From an uncultured Verrucomicrobiota bacterium (GTDB taxonomy: Bacteria; Verrucomicrobiota; Verrucomicrobiia; Limisphaerales; CAIYYI01), in contig CAIYYI010000230.1 in the NCBI GenBank assembly GCA_903930345.1, positions 9,689 to 73,688 on the forward strand: DNA of 64,000 nt, given 5' to 3'. Every line of letters starts with the position of its first letter. The stretch's first letter is position 1. Positions 27,286-36,585 of this stretch are shown here, piece after piece. The notes under the pieces are model-generated. The model was not told where the DNA came from, did not search any database, and saw only the letters and a program-made list of their open reading frames with translations. A program made the position numbers and the translations under genes.

Positions 27286-28695
27286 TCAGAACTCCCGCGT
27301 CTTCTTGATTCCGGGTTGCGGCGTGGGATAGCAGCCATCCGGGCCGGCGGCCACCGGCGCAGGGGAATCCTTGGTCAGCTTGTCCACGCCCGGCGCGAAT
27401 TCCTCATCGCAGTTCAGCATGTCTTCAAATGTCACTATCTGACCGGTGTGGACCGCCCGGCGGCCCATGAGGACCACCAGGCTGGCCTCGGCACCGCGCT
27501 TCACCTCGTTGTAAGGCTGGTCCCGTCGAATGGCCTCAATCAGATGATCCCACTCCAGCAGGTACGGATTCGGCTCGGGCTGAGGGAAAGCCCAGGTTTG
27601 ATTGGCCCGGGTCATTTCATGGCCCTTGAAGAGGCGGCATTTGGCCGGCGTGTGCGCCACGGTGGAAATCACTGCTGAGCCCCGGGTGCCATGGGCGTAG
27701 CTGGCAAATTCCTCGTGGCAGCCCGGCTCGTAGCGGGAATTGAGGAAGAGCTTGGTGCCGTCGGCAAAGGTGTACTCGATGGCGTAGTGGTCGAAGTTCT
27801 GGTCCACCGCAGCGCCGCGATAGAGCCGCCCGCCCAGGCCTTGCGCGCGCACCGGCCAGGCGCCTTTCATCCAGCAGCACTCGTCGACGTTGTGGGCCAC
27901 GTAGTCGTGGAACACCCCCCCGCTGGCCCAGAAGAAGCCGAGGTAGCGCTGCACCTGGAAGAGCAGTTCGCTTTGATCCGCCGGCTTCGGCCCGGTGAAG
28001 CCGGCTGGGGAGACCAGCCGGTAGGTCCGCAGCATCGTGAGGTCCCCGATCTCGCCCGCTCTGATGCGCTCATGAAGTTCGCGGCGGGCCTGGCAATGGC
28101 GGCACATCAGGCCCACGCCGACCTTGAGGTTCCGCTTCGCCGCCGCTTCGCCCAGCTCGATCATCCGGCGCGTGGAGGGGCCATCGACGGTGATCGGTTT
28201 TTCCATGAAGACGTTGAGCCCCTTCGCAATGGCGTAGGCGAAGTGGACCCAGCGGAAAGCGACCGGCGTGGTCAGGATCACCACGTCCCCAGGCTTGAGG
28301 CAGTCCATCGCCTGCCGGTAGGCGTCAAAGCCCAGGAACTGCCGCTCACGCGGCACGTCCAGCTGCGATGCCTCAAAACCTCCGACCCAGCTATCCGCGG
28401 CGCCAGCCGGTTTGGTGGCGGCGCTCTTCAGGGCCTCGATGCTGCGGTTCAGTCGCGCTTCGAATATATCGGCCATCGCCACCAGCTTGATGGGGCCGCT
28501 GCGGTTGGCCAGGGCGTTGGCCGCCGCGCCGGTGCCCCGCCCGCCGCAGCCGACCAGGGCGACTTGGATGGTGTCGCCCCCCGCCGCGTGGACGTGCGGA
28601 ATGACCGTTCCGGCCAGGGCTGAGACGGCGGCCAGGCGGCCTGTGTGTTGCAGGAATTCGCGCCGCGAGGAGGGTGGAAGGGGGAGGCTATTCAT
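27286..28695 (-). CDS. Tat-exported Gfo/Idh/MocA oxidoreductase
   Basis: SRREFL twin-arginine signal, LVGCGGRGTGAA and FMEKP. Confidence 0.9.
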   Translation of the reverse strand: MNSLPLPPSSRREFLQHTGRLAAVSALAGTVIPHVHAAGGDTIQVALVGCGGRGTGAAANALANRSGPIKLVAMADIFEARLNRSIEALKSAATKPAGAADSWVGGFEASQLDVPRERQFLGFDAYRQAMDCLKPGDVVILTTPVAFRWVHFAYAIAKGLNVFMEKPITVDGPSTRRMIELGEAAAKRNLKVGVGLMCRHCQARRELHERIRAGEIGDLTMLRTYRLVSPAGFTGPKPADQSELLFQVQRYLGFFWASGGVFHDYVAHNVDECCWMKGAWPVRAQGLGGRLYRGAAVDQNFDHYAIEYTFADGTKLFLNSRYEPGCHEEFASYAHGTRGSAVISTVAHTPAKCRLFKGHEMTRANQTWAFPQPEPNPYLLEWDHLIEAIRRDQPYNEVKRGAEASLVVLMGRRAVHTGQIVTFEDMLNCDEEFAPGVDKLTKDSPAPVAAGPDGCYPTPQPGIKKTREF

Positions 28696-28819
28696 ACGCG
28701 CATTGGGTTTCAAGGGACCAAAGGGGTTGCACAGATGCAGTTGCCCCGCCGATTTCGCAGCGGGCAAGCCAGGCTTCGTGTTGAGAAGCATTCGCGCCAG
28801 AGACCACTGCTCCGGCTCT

Positions 28820-29695
28820 TTAACTCGCCGAGGCCAGTTCCAGCCAGCGCTGACGGTACTTCTTTAGGAACGCCACCCCTTCCTCAGCCGGAACGCTCTT
28901 GGCATACTCACACAGGGTAAACCGGTCGTAACCGGACTCGCGGAACAGCTTGAACAACTCCTGGTACGGGTACTGCGAATTCAGATCGTTGATGTGGCAG
29001 GATCGGATCCGGTCCTTCAGCAGGTCGTACGACCATTTCACGGAACCCTCCTTGACATCCCCGCCGTTGGAGTTCCAGCAGGCGCCGACATTCTTGTTCG
29101 GGCAGGCGTCCATGATGGCCCGCGCATTCTTCGGCTCAGCGGTTACGGAACCGTGCACTTCCATCCAGATTTCCACGCCGTGATCCGCCCCGATCTTCCC
29201 ACATTCGTCGAGCGCCGCGCCAATCTGCGCAATCGTCTTTTCGGGTGGCACTTCCTTGGGGAACCCGTTCGGGCGTACTTTGACACCCCGGGCCCCAATG
29301 TCAGCAGCCAGCTTGATAAATTCGGCGCAGGTGGCGATGTTCTTCTTCACGACCGCCTGGTCGGTCGCGTGGAATTCGCACACCGATCCCAGCCCCCAGA
29401 TGGTCACGCCGCCGTCAAGGCAGCGCTTTTTCACCTCGCGCCGCTGGTCGGCAGTCAGTGCGGGCTCGACCAGGTGTTTGTGCGTGGTGCGAAACTCCAC
29501 CCCTTCAATCTGCGCCTGGCGGCAGACATCAATAGTGGTGGCAAGGTCCCAATTGGCGGACACATTGTAGGAGACGATGCCGAGCTTGAATTTGCGCGGA
29601 GCCTCGGCGGCCAACAGAGGGCGTGCGGCGAGTGCGCCCAGTGCGAGCGCACTGGTGCTGTGCAAAAACTGTCGTCGATTCATGGGATGCTTCAT
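28820..29695 (-). CDS. Tat-exported sugar-phosphate isomerase/epimerase (xylose-isomerase-like TIM barrel)
   Basis: NRRQFL Tat signal, GVEFRTTHKH.VEP, EVHG and CHINDL. The track's longer start runs into the repeat mosaic and is rejected. Confidence 0.85.
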   Translation of the reverse strand: MKHPMNRRQFLHSTSALALGALAARPLLAAEAPRKFKLGIVSYNVSANWDLATTIDVCRQAQIEGVEFRTTHKHLVEPALTADQRREVKKRCLDGGVTIWGLGSVCEFHATDQAVVKKNIATCAEFIKLAADIGARGVKVRPNGFPKEVPPEKTIAQIGAALDECGKIGADHGVEIWMEVHGSVTAEPKNARAIMDACPNKNVGACWNSNGGDVKEGSVKWSYDLLKDRIRSCHINDLNSQYPYQELFKLFRESGYDRFTLCEYAKSVPAEEGVAFLKKYRQRWLELASAS

Positions 29696-29834
29696 ACGGA
29701 CGAAAGTACCAGCCTCCACAGCACAGTCAACTGTCAGATCCCGTTCAATTGTAGGCCCGTCAAAGTGGCAGCGGCGTCCCGCCGCTGTTTCATCCCTTCC
29801 CCGTACCGATGGCTCCTGCCCCCCGTCCGGCCCG

Positions 29835-30452
29835 TCCCCGTTTGTAGTCCAGGCTTCAGCCTGTCCGAGTGGCGTACCCAGCACCGCGAGATCCGGAATT
29901 CCCGCAAGCTGGTGCGGCCCAATGCTGGTGGGGCTCCCGCCGAGCCGTCCCCAGAGTGGCAGCGGTTCTGCCGCAATCCACAATCCGCAATCCGCACTCC
30001 GCACTCCGCACTCCGCACTCCGCACTCCGCATTTGCGTGGTCCGTCAAAGTGGCAGCGGCGTGATTCCCATCAAATCCTCAATCCGCAATCCACAATCCG
30101 CACTCCGCATTTGCGTGGGCCGTCATTTTCCCCGCTTGTAGTCCAGGCTTCAGCCTGTCCAAGTGGCGTACCCAGCACCGCGAGATCCGGAATTCCCTCA
30201 AGCTGGTGCGGTCCAATGCTGGTGGGGAGAGGCTCCCGCCGAGCCGCCCCTGTCTTCAAATCCGCACTCCGCATTCGCAGTTTCCCCGCTTGTAGTCCAG
30301 GCTTCAGCCTGCCTGAGTGGCGTACCCAGGCCCGCGAGATCCGGAATTCCCTCAAGCTGGTGCGGTCCAATGCTGGTGGGGCTCCAAATCCGCAATCCAC
30401 AATCCGCACTCCGCATTTGCGTGAGCCGTCAGTTTCCCCGTTTGTAGTCCAG
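29835..30452 (+). repeat. Three ~99-bp direct repeats plus a truncated fourth copy (REP/BIME-like units)
   Basis: TCCCCGyTTGTAGTCCAGGCTTCAGCCTG...GAGATCCGGAATTCCC.CAAGCTGGTGCGG.CCAATGCTGGTGGGG at 29835-29933, 30129-30227 and 30283-30381; partial copy at 30435-30452. Confidence 0.9.
29971..30033 (+). repeat. Heptamer tandem repeat (CCRCAHT)x9, with shorter copies near 30077-30111, 30261-30275, 30390-30417 and 31070-31090
   Basis: ccgcaat ccacaat ccgcaat ccgcact x5 ccgcatt, read directly. Confidence 0.92.
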
Positions 30453-30471
30453 TCATCTTTGACCATGCTGC

Positions 30472-30520
30472 CATCAACCAAGAACCAAGAACGATCAACC
30501 AAGAACCATCAACCATCACC
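30472..30520 (+). repeat. Degenerate heptamer tandem repeat (CAAGAAC/CATCAAC)
   Basis: catcaac caagaac caagaac gatcaac caagaac catcaac catcacc. Confidence 0.8.
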
Positions 30521-30836
30521 GGATCACCGACTCCCCGGGCCGGCTCTTCGGTTCCTATTCGTGTGCTTCGCGTAATTCGTGGTCGATCGCAACTCCGCCT
30601 TCGGGTATTGTATCATACAACTAAAATACTCCCTACCGGCTTGCCAGGCAGAGGGTTTTTTGCAATAGTATCACACGTTATGCATACATCATCAACGCCA
30701 GCCGCCGATTCTCCGGGCGATCTCGCTTCGGCCAACATCCCCCTGTTTCGCATCCCGCGTTCCGAATTCCGCGTTCAGTTGGGCTTTCCCAATTTCTGCT
30801 TTTCCCCTCCGGTTTCCATGCGCCGCCACAAAACAT

Positions 30837-30886
30837 GGTGCCAAAAGGTGCCAAAAAGTGTCAAAAGGTGCCAGAAAGTGCCAAAC
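30837..30886 (+). repeat. Five 10-bp tandem repeats RGTGYCARAM
   Basis: ggtgccaaaa ggtgccaaaa agtgtcaaaa ggtgccagaa agtgccaaac. Confidence 0.85.
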
Positions 30887-31139
30887 TTTCAAAAACATGG
30901 AGCTGGAAATGCAGATTATGAACGAACCGCCCCATGCCAAGGATCTGACGTCCACCGCACCCGTCGCTCCGCCCGGTCCATCTGCCACCTCCAATCTCCC
31001 ATCTGAAATCCCAGGAGACTCTCCCCCGTCAAAGTGGCAGCGGCGGATTCCCATTCCCCATTTTCAAATCCGCAATCCACAATCCGCATTCGCTCGTGGC
31101 TCCTGCCGAGCCGTTCCCGGTTCCATTTTATATTCGAGC

Positions 31140-31167
31140 TGACCTCTGACTTCCGACCTCTGACCTC
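31140..31167 (+). repeat. Heptamer tandem repeat (YGACYTC)x4
   Basis: tgacctc tgacttc cgacctc tgacctc. Confidence 0.8.
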
Positions 31168-31596
31168 AACGATCATTTACCAGTCACTCCATTTCCGTCT
31201 GTACCATTTCACCGAATTAACGGCCCACGGAATGACTGAAACAACGCTGGTTTCTTGAAGAAACTATATGCGGAAAACACAGGTAGCGAACGTGTTACCC
31301 GAGTGATTAAGTATTTATTGCCGAGTCGCCAAAGTTGGCGTAGGAATTACTCTGTCGATCGAACCTGGCGGGGCTGGGCAAGATTGGCCGGCGAAAACAC
31401 TCCGGGGGAGTGCCAGTAACCCCTGGGTTTACCCGGGCCTTTCTCGGTGAGGGAGGGTTCACGTCGGTCGCGTGCAAACGCGTGCCGCCGTTTTACTCAA
31501 TAAACCACGCATTCTGGATGTCTTGAATGCTCCCGGAACAATTGTGTCCCGGGATAATCCGGAACGCTTGACCGCGTTCCGCACCGAAAGGCAATT

Positions 31597-32007
31597 ATGA
31601 AAGATCAGGAAACGCTCGCGCAGTTCATCGCCCTCCGGGTCCAGGGCTGGACCTTCGACCGCATTTCGCAGGCCCTGAAGGTCTCCAAACCCGTCCTCAT
31701 CGACTGGAGCCGTCAGCACCAGTTCCACATCCAGAATCTCCAGGCGGTGGAGCTTGAGGCGCTGGCTGACAAACATTTGTCCTCCCGCCAGCTGCGCTGG
31801 CAGCAGTTGGGCGGCAGCCTCAGCCGGGTTGAGGCCGAGCTGGCCAAGCGCGACCTGGCCGAGGTCCCCACCGCCCGCCTCATCACGCTGGCATCGTCCT
31901 TGCGCGCCGAGGCCACGAGGGAGACGGGCTCGCTCCGGTTCACCGCCGCCCTGAAGGACATTCCGAGGGAGCAATATGTCGAGAACGTCATGGATTGGCA
32001 GGTTTGA
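31597..32007 (+). CDS. Small helix-turn-helix protein with a C-terminal helical region
   Basis: FIALRVQGWTFDRISQALKVSKPVLIDWSR HTH pattern; AAGG RBS upstream; GC3-rich codon usage. Confidence 0.75.
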   Translation: MKDQETLAQFIALRVQGWTFDRISQALKVSKPVLIDWSRQHQFHIQNLQAVELEALADKHLSSRQLRWQQLGGSLSRVEAELAKRDLAEVPTARLITLASSLRAEATRETGSLRFTAALKDIPREQYVENVMDWQV

Positions 32008-32638
32008 CGGAGGCGCTGCCCCAAAAAACTCTGGGCTGGTAAGGAAATAGTAAACTTTTAGTAAACTTTTCCGGGGGCGACCACCTTCCAACCCCGGTTT
32101 CACCCGGTTGCTTATGTTTGCCTTGAGCCGTTGCCGTTCGCCGTCCCGCAACGTCCGGCGGCCCCTCAGCCGCCCGGTCACCCGCCGTGTCTCTCGCCCC
32201 TGCCATCGGCGTGCGTGGCGCGACTGTTGGCGCACCTTGGTGCCCTACCGGGGCCCCTCCTTGATCTCCATAGTCGCGCTGCTCCGCCGCTGTTGCCGGC
32301 TGTCGGAGCGGTACCAGAAACGCTGGTGCAATTCCCGCTTCAAAACCCTGCTCACTCCGGAGCAAGCGAAGCGCCAGATGATGCAGGATCTGGAGCGTGT
32401 GTGCGGCGATAAACCCGCTCCCGGCCCTGGCCCACCGCCCGCCGCCGCCCCGGGTCCGGCCCCGGCCGCCCCTGCCAAAGCACCTCCGGCATGGCCGCCC
32501 CCGGAGGATAAAAGGGATGTCACCCCGGTGCCGATCAGGGGGGCCATCCCGTTGTCTCAATCCAATCGGTCATGAAAATCCTGCTGAAAAACTGTTGCCA
32601 TCAGGCCGGGACTCCTCCAAATTATCCCTCGCTGTTGC

Positions 32639-32728
32639 GGAGAGATGGCAGAGTGGTCTATTGCGCACGCCTGGAAAGCGTGTGTACCTGAAAGGGTACC
32701 GTGAGTTCAAATCTCACTCTCTCCGCCA
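32639..32728 (+). tRNA. tRNA-Ser (anticodon GGA)
   Basis: GGAGAGA acceptor stem pairing with TCTCTCC, discriminator G and CCA end; D-arm TGGCAGAGTGG; anticodon arm CACGC-CTGGAAA-GCGTG; long variable arm GTACC-TGAAAG-GGTAC; T-loop GTTCAAATC. Confidence 0.97.
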
Positions 32729-32841
32729 CTTCCATCGGTGGCTCGGCGGCCGGTTTTCAGTCGGTTTTCCCCATTTCTTTTTTTCGGTTAAACGCTTTCG
32801 GGCGTGACTGTTTTGCCCCCTTTCCCCACAGTTGGGCTCCA

Positions 32842-35800
32842 ATGAACCTGAGCTGCGATCCCCGGGGATGGGCACGCTGGTGGTCGGTGCTGCCAGCCTG
32901 GCTGGCCCTGATTTGCTGCCTTCCGTTGCCGGGGCGGGGGCAGACTCTGGACATTCAGGACGCGGTGAAAACCTATGCCGCGCTGACCAATACCGTGGTG
33001 ACGCTGTCCGGCCGCGCCGAGCTGCGGGTGTCCGGGACGGGGGATCCGATCCCGGGCTGTGTCATTCACCTCAACTCCCCGGATGCCTGGCTGCTGATGC
33101 CGGAGGTGCTGCCGTCCAAGGTTGCCTCCACCCTGCTCAGCCGGGTGCGGGTGAACGGGGCCAATGCGGTCCTGGATGGGAACGTGCGGGTGGCGCAGTA
33201 TGCCCAGGGGGCGGTGGTGATCCCGCAGGCACCGGACTTTGCGCCGCTGGAGGTGTTTTCCGGGCGGTATTTCACCAGCGCCTCCCGGCGGCTGAGCTCG
33301 TACGTTGCCTATAACAACGCCCGGCTGGGGACGATGGCGGCAGGCATCGGCTCCTTTAAGCTGAAGCGCGGCTACATGGCAACGTTGGCGCAGCAGGAAA
33401 ACGGCACGGGGATCAGCCGGGTGTATATCGCGCAGGATGGTGATTTGGAGGTTGGGCGGCTGCCGGTGGAGCTGGAGAATGCGATCCGTTTTGTGCGGGT
33501 CTTCCCGTGGCGCTGGGTGGCGAAAAAGGGGGTGGCGGGCAACATCTATTCGCCCGTCAAGGCGCAGTGGTGGTACAACTGGAATCTGGACCGCACCTCG
33601 CCGCTGGATGTGGAGTATGTCGCTATCCGCCAAACGCGCTGGTGGCCCGGGCTGGGCGAGGATTGGCAGTACCGCGAGGTAAACCACCTGCTCGGCTACA
33701 ACGAGCCGGATAGCACGGCCCAGGCGAACATTGCCCTCAGCGACGCCCTCGCGTCCTGGCCGGATCTGCTGGGGACGGGGCTGCGGGTGGGGTCGCCCGC
33801 GACCACCGACGGAGGGCGGAGCAGTTGGCTGTATCCCTTCATTCAGCAGGCGGATGCCGCCGGGATGCGGGTGGACTTTGTGGCCGTCCACTACTACTGG
33901 TGCTACAATCCCGCCGATCCGGCCGGCGCGGCCAGCCAGATGTACAACTTCCTCAAGGCCACCTATGACCAGGTGAAGCGTCCGCTCTGGGTCACCGAGT
34001 GGAACAACGGGGCCAACTGGACCGGATGCGCCGATCCCACCTACGCGCAGCAGCAGGCGGCGGTGGCGGCCATGATCGAGATGCTCGACAACGCGCCGTT
34101 CGTCGAGCGCTACGCCATCTACAACTGGGTGGAGGATGTGCGGCGCGTGGTGTGGGATGACAACTGGCCCACCGATGCCGGCGTGACCTACCGCGACCAC
34201 ATCTCGCCGCTGTCCTACCGGCAGGAAATGGCGGATGCCGGCGTTGGCTCCTCCGCCCGGTATTCCTTCGACGGTGACACGCACGACGGCTGGGGCAACG
34301 GCCAGGATGCGATGAGCATCGGCGCCCCGGCGTTCACCCCGGGCCGGTTCGGGCAGGCCATCGAGCTCAATGGCGCCACGGACTACCTGCAGCTTTCGCC
34401 GCGCCTGGCGGACAGCACCGACTGGACCTTTGCCGGGTGGGTCTACTGGAACGGCGGCGCCAACTGGCAGCGCATCTTTGATTTCGGCGAGGACACCTCC
34501 CACTACCTGTACCTGTGCCCGAAGACCGGCGCTGGCAACCTGCGCTTCGCCATCAATGACGGCAGCGGAGAGCAGCAGCTGAGCGCGGCCGGGTTCACTG
34601 CCGGGACGTGGACCCACGTGGCCGTCACCATTGCGGGCAGCACCGGCAAGATGTTCGTCAACGGCGTGGCAGTGGCGACGAACACCGCCATGACCCTTAA
34701 CCCGATCGACGTTGGCACCCGGTTCAATTTTCTGGGCAAAAGCCGTTTCAGCGCAGATCCGCTGTTCAGCGGGAAGTTTGACGACTTCCGTTTCATCAGC
34801 TCCTCGTTGACGGATGCGCAGGTGGCGGCCATCGCCGCCATTCCGCCGCCCCAGTTCCGGGCCGCCACGCTGTACAAGCCGGATGCGCAGCTGCTCCAGC
34901 CCTACAGCGCCACGCTGGCCGGGGACGCCACCGGCACCGGCCCGCTGACCTACAGCAGGATGGACGGGCCGGCGTGGCTCACGGTCGCCGCCAGCGGCGC
35001 GCTGGCCGGGACGCCCGGCCAGACCAATGGCGGCGTGAACAGCTTCCTGGTGCGCGTCACCGACACCAACGGATCGCTCCACACGGCGGCCCTCCTCATC
35101 AGCGTGCCAAACCTCACCGCGACCCTGGCCGCGAGCGCCGACGATGCCGAGCAATCCGCCGCCGGGGCCGTCAATCTCACCAGCACTGACCTGGAGCTGG
35201 TCAACGATGACGCCTCGGGCGCAGGCAACCAGCTCATCGGCCTGCGTTTCACCGGGCTGGCGATTCCGCCGGGCGCCATCGTCACCAACGCGACGATCCA
35301 ATTCACAGCGGACGAGGCGCAGAGCGAGGCCACGCAGATCCAAATCCAGGCTGAGGCGGCCGACGATGCCGCAACCTTTGCCGCCGTGACCAACAACCTC
35401 AGCGCGCGGCTGACGGTCCCGCTGCGGGCGGCCTGGACTCCGGCGGCCTGGAGCGTGGGCGAATCCAACGCCACGCAGCGCACCCCGAACCTGGCCGGGC
35501 TGGTGCAGGAGGTGGTGTCGCGCCCCGGCTGGGTGAGCGGCAACGCCGTGGTTTTCCTGCTCTCCGGCACCGGCCACCGCACGGCCGATGCCTTTGACAA
35601 AACCGGCGGATTTCCACCGCGCCTGACCGTGGCTTACGTTTCCCCCACGCCGACCTATGTGGCGAGCGCGACCGTGAGCTCCAGCGCCAACGATGCCGAG
35701 CAGGCCGCCGCCGGGGCGGTGACGCTGAACAGCACCGACCTGGAACTGGTGAATGACGGCGCGCAGGGGGACCAGACCATCGGGCTGCGCTTTGAAAACC

Positions 35801-36567
35801 TGCCGCTGACCGCCGGCTGCCTGATTGAAAGTGCCGACATCCAGTTTGCCGCCGACGAAGCCCAGAGCGAGGCGACGGCCCTCGTGATCCGCGCGCAGGC
35901 GGCGGACCATGCCGCGCTATTCACCACCAACGCAAACAGCCTCACTGCCCGCCCGCTGACCGCTGCAACAGTGGCCTGGGCACCCGTCGCCTGGGCCATG
36001 GTGGGCGAGCGCGAGGCCCTGCAGCGCACGCCGGATCTTTCCGCGCTGGTGCGCGAGGTGGTGTCGCGTCCTGGCTGGTCCGGAGGCAATGCCCTGGCGT
36101 TCCTCATCTCCGGCACGGGACATCGCACGGCGGATGCCGCCGACAAAGCGGGCGGCTCCCCGGCCACGCTCACCGTGCGTTACCGGCCCGAAGCGCCGGT
36201 GGGCAGCTATCTCCGCTGGGCTGCCGCCCACCCCGGCGCTGTTTCGCTGGCCGCCGACCCCGATGGCGATGGCTATAACAACCTGCTTGAATATGCCTTG
36301 GGCCTGGACCCTGCGGTGGCGGATCGCAACGTGCCCCGGCTCAGCCTGGATCCGCTTTATCTCCACTTCACCTACACGCGGCCCACGCTGGCCAATGAGG
36401 TGACCTACCAGGTTGAGTGGGCGGACAATGTTGTGACCGGTCCCTGGCGGACGATTGGTTTTTCCAATCAGATTCTCAGTGATGATGGCACGCTCCGCAC
36501 CATCCGGGCCTCCCTCCTCAAGGGGGCCACTGGTCGCCGCTTCGTGCGTTTGGTGATCACCTACTGA
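32842..36567 (+). CDS. Secreted multidomain glycoside hydrolase: GH128-like (clan GH-A) domain, LamG, Ig, two tandem beta-sandwich repeats and a C-terminal module
   Basis: WWYNW..GYNEPD..AVHYY..WVTEW..ERYA catalytic pattern; LamG (WQRIFDFG..WTHVAVT); duplicated (D/N)DAEQ..STDLELVND domain; D.DGDG..NLLEYALG and RRFVRL C-terminus. Start set to ATG 32842 because the track's start lies inside the tRNA. Confidence 0.85.
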   Translation: MNLSCDPRGWARWWSVLPAWLALICCLPLPGRGQTLDIQDAVKTYAALTNTVVTLSGRAELRVSGTGDPIPGCVIHLNSPDAWLLMPEVLPSKVASTLLSRVRVNGANAVLDGNVRVAQYAQGAVVIPQAPDFAPLEVFSGRYFTSASRRLSSYVAYNNARLGTMAAGIGSFKLKRGYMATLAQQENGTGISRVYIAQDGDLEVGRLPVELENAIRFVRVFPWRWVAKKGVAGNIYSPVKAQWWYNWNLDRTSPLDVEYVAIRQTRWWPGLGEDWQYREVNHLLGYNEPDSTAQANIALSDALASWPDLLGTGLRVGSPATTDGGRSSWLYPFIQQADAAGMRVDFVAVHYYWCYNPADPAGAASQMYNFLKATYDQVKRPLWVTEWNNGANWTGCADPTYAQQQAAVAAMIEMLDNAPFVERYAIYNWVEDVRRVVWDDNWPTDAGVTYRDHISPLSYRQEMADAGVGSSARYSFDGDTHDGWGNGQDAMSIGAPAFTPGRFGQAIELNGATDYLQLSPRLADSTDWTFAGWVYWNGGANWQRIFDFGEDTSHYLYLCPKTGAGNLRFAINDGSGEQQLSAAGFTAGTWTHVAVTIAGSTGKMFVNGVAVATNTAMTLNPIDVGTRFNFLGKSRFSADPLFSGKFDDFRFISSSLTDAQVAAIAAIPPPQFRAATLYKPDAQLLQPYSATLAGDATGTGPLTYSRMDGPAWLTVAASGALAGTPGQTNGGVNSFLVRVTDTNGSLHTAALLISVPNLTATLAASADDAEQSAAGAVNLTSTDLELVNDDASGAGNQLIGLRFTGLAIPPGAIVTNATIQFTADEAQSEATQIQIQAEAADDAATFAAVTNNLSARLTVPLRAAWTPAAWSVGESNATQRTPNLAGLVQEVVSRPGWVSGNAVVFLLSGTGHRTADAFDKTGGFPPRLTVAYVSPTPTYVASATVSSSANDAEQAAAGAVTLNSTDLELVNDGAQGDQTIGLRFENLPLTAGCLIESADIQFAADEAQSEATALVIRAQAADHAALFTTNANSLTARPLTAATVAWAPVAWAMVGEREALQRTPDLSALVREVVSRPGWSGGNALAFLISGTGHRTADAADKAGGSPATLTVRYRPEAPVGSYLRWAAAHPGAVSLAADPDGDGYNNLLEYALGLDPAVADRNVPRLSLDPLYLHFTYTRPTLANEVTYQVEWADNVVTGPWRTIGFSNQILSDDGTLRTIRASLLKGATGRRFVRLVITY

Positions 36568-36585
36568 GGGGCGATGAGGCAGGGC

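Noticed and set aside
29835-30452. CRISPR array
   Set aside because: The units are 99 bp, the intervals are unequal and are themselves made of repeats rather than unique spacers, and no cas genes are present in the window.
29577-31258. ORFs with SAIRNPQ/HSALRTP/ECGVRSA-type peptides, and the long N-terminal extension of the 28820 ORF
   Set aside because: They are translations of heptamer DNA repeats in several frames on both strands, with no protein-like features.
32108-32575. 155-aa Arg/Pro-rich ORF before the tRNA
   Set aside because: TTG start, low complexity and no motif; it cannot be supported as a gene, though it is not excluded.
32639-32728. tRNA-Ser as an integration site with an att duplication
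   Set aside because: No integrase and no second copy of the tRNA 3' end were seen in the window.
32788-35910. 1040-aa minus-strand ORF and other long antisense ORFs (e.g. 3924-5144, 19190-20491, 52303-53427)
   Set aside because: They are antisense shadows of well-supported genes in high-GC DNA and carry no recognisable motifs.
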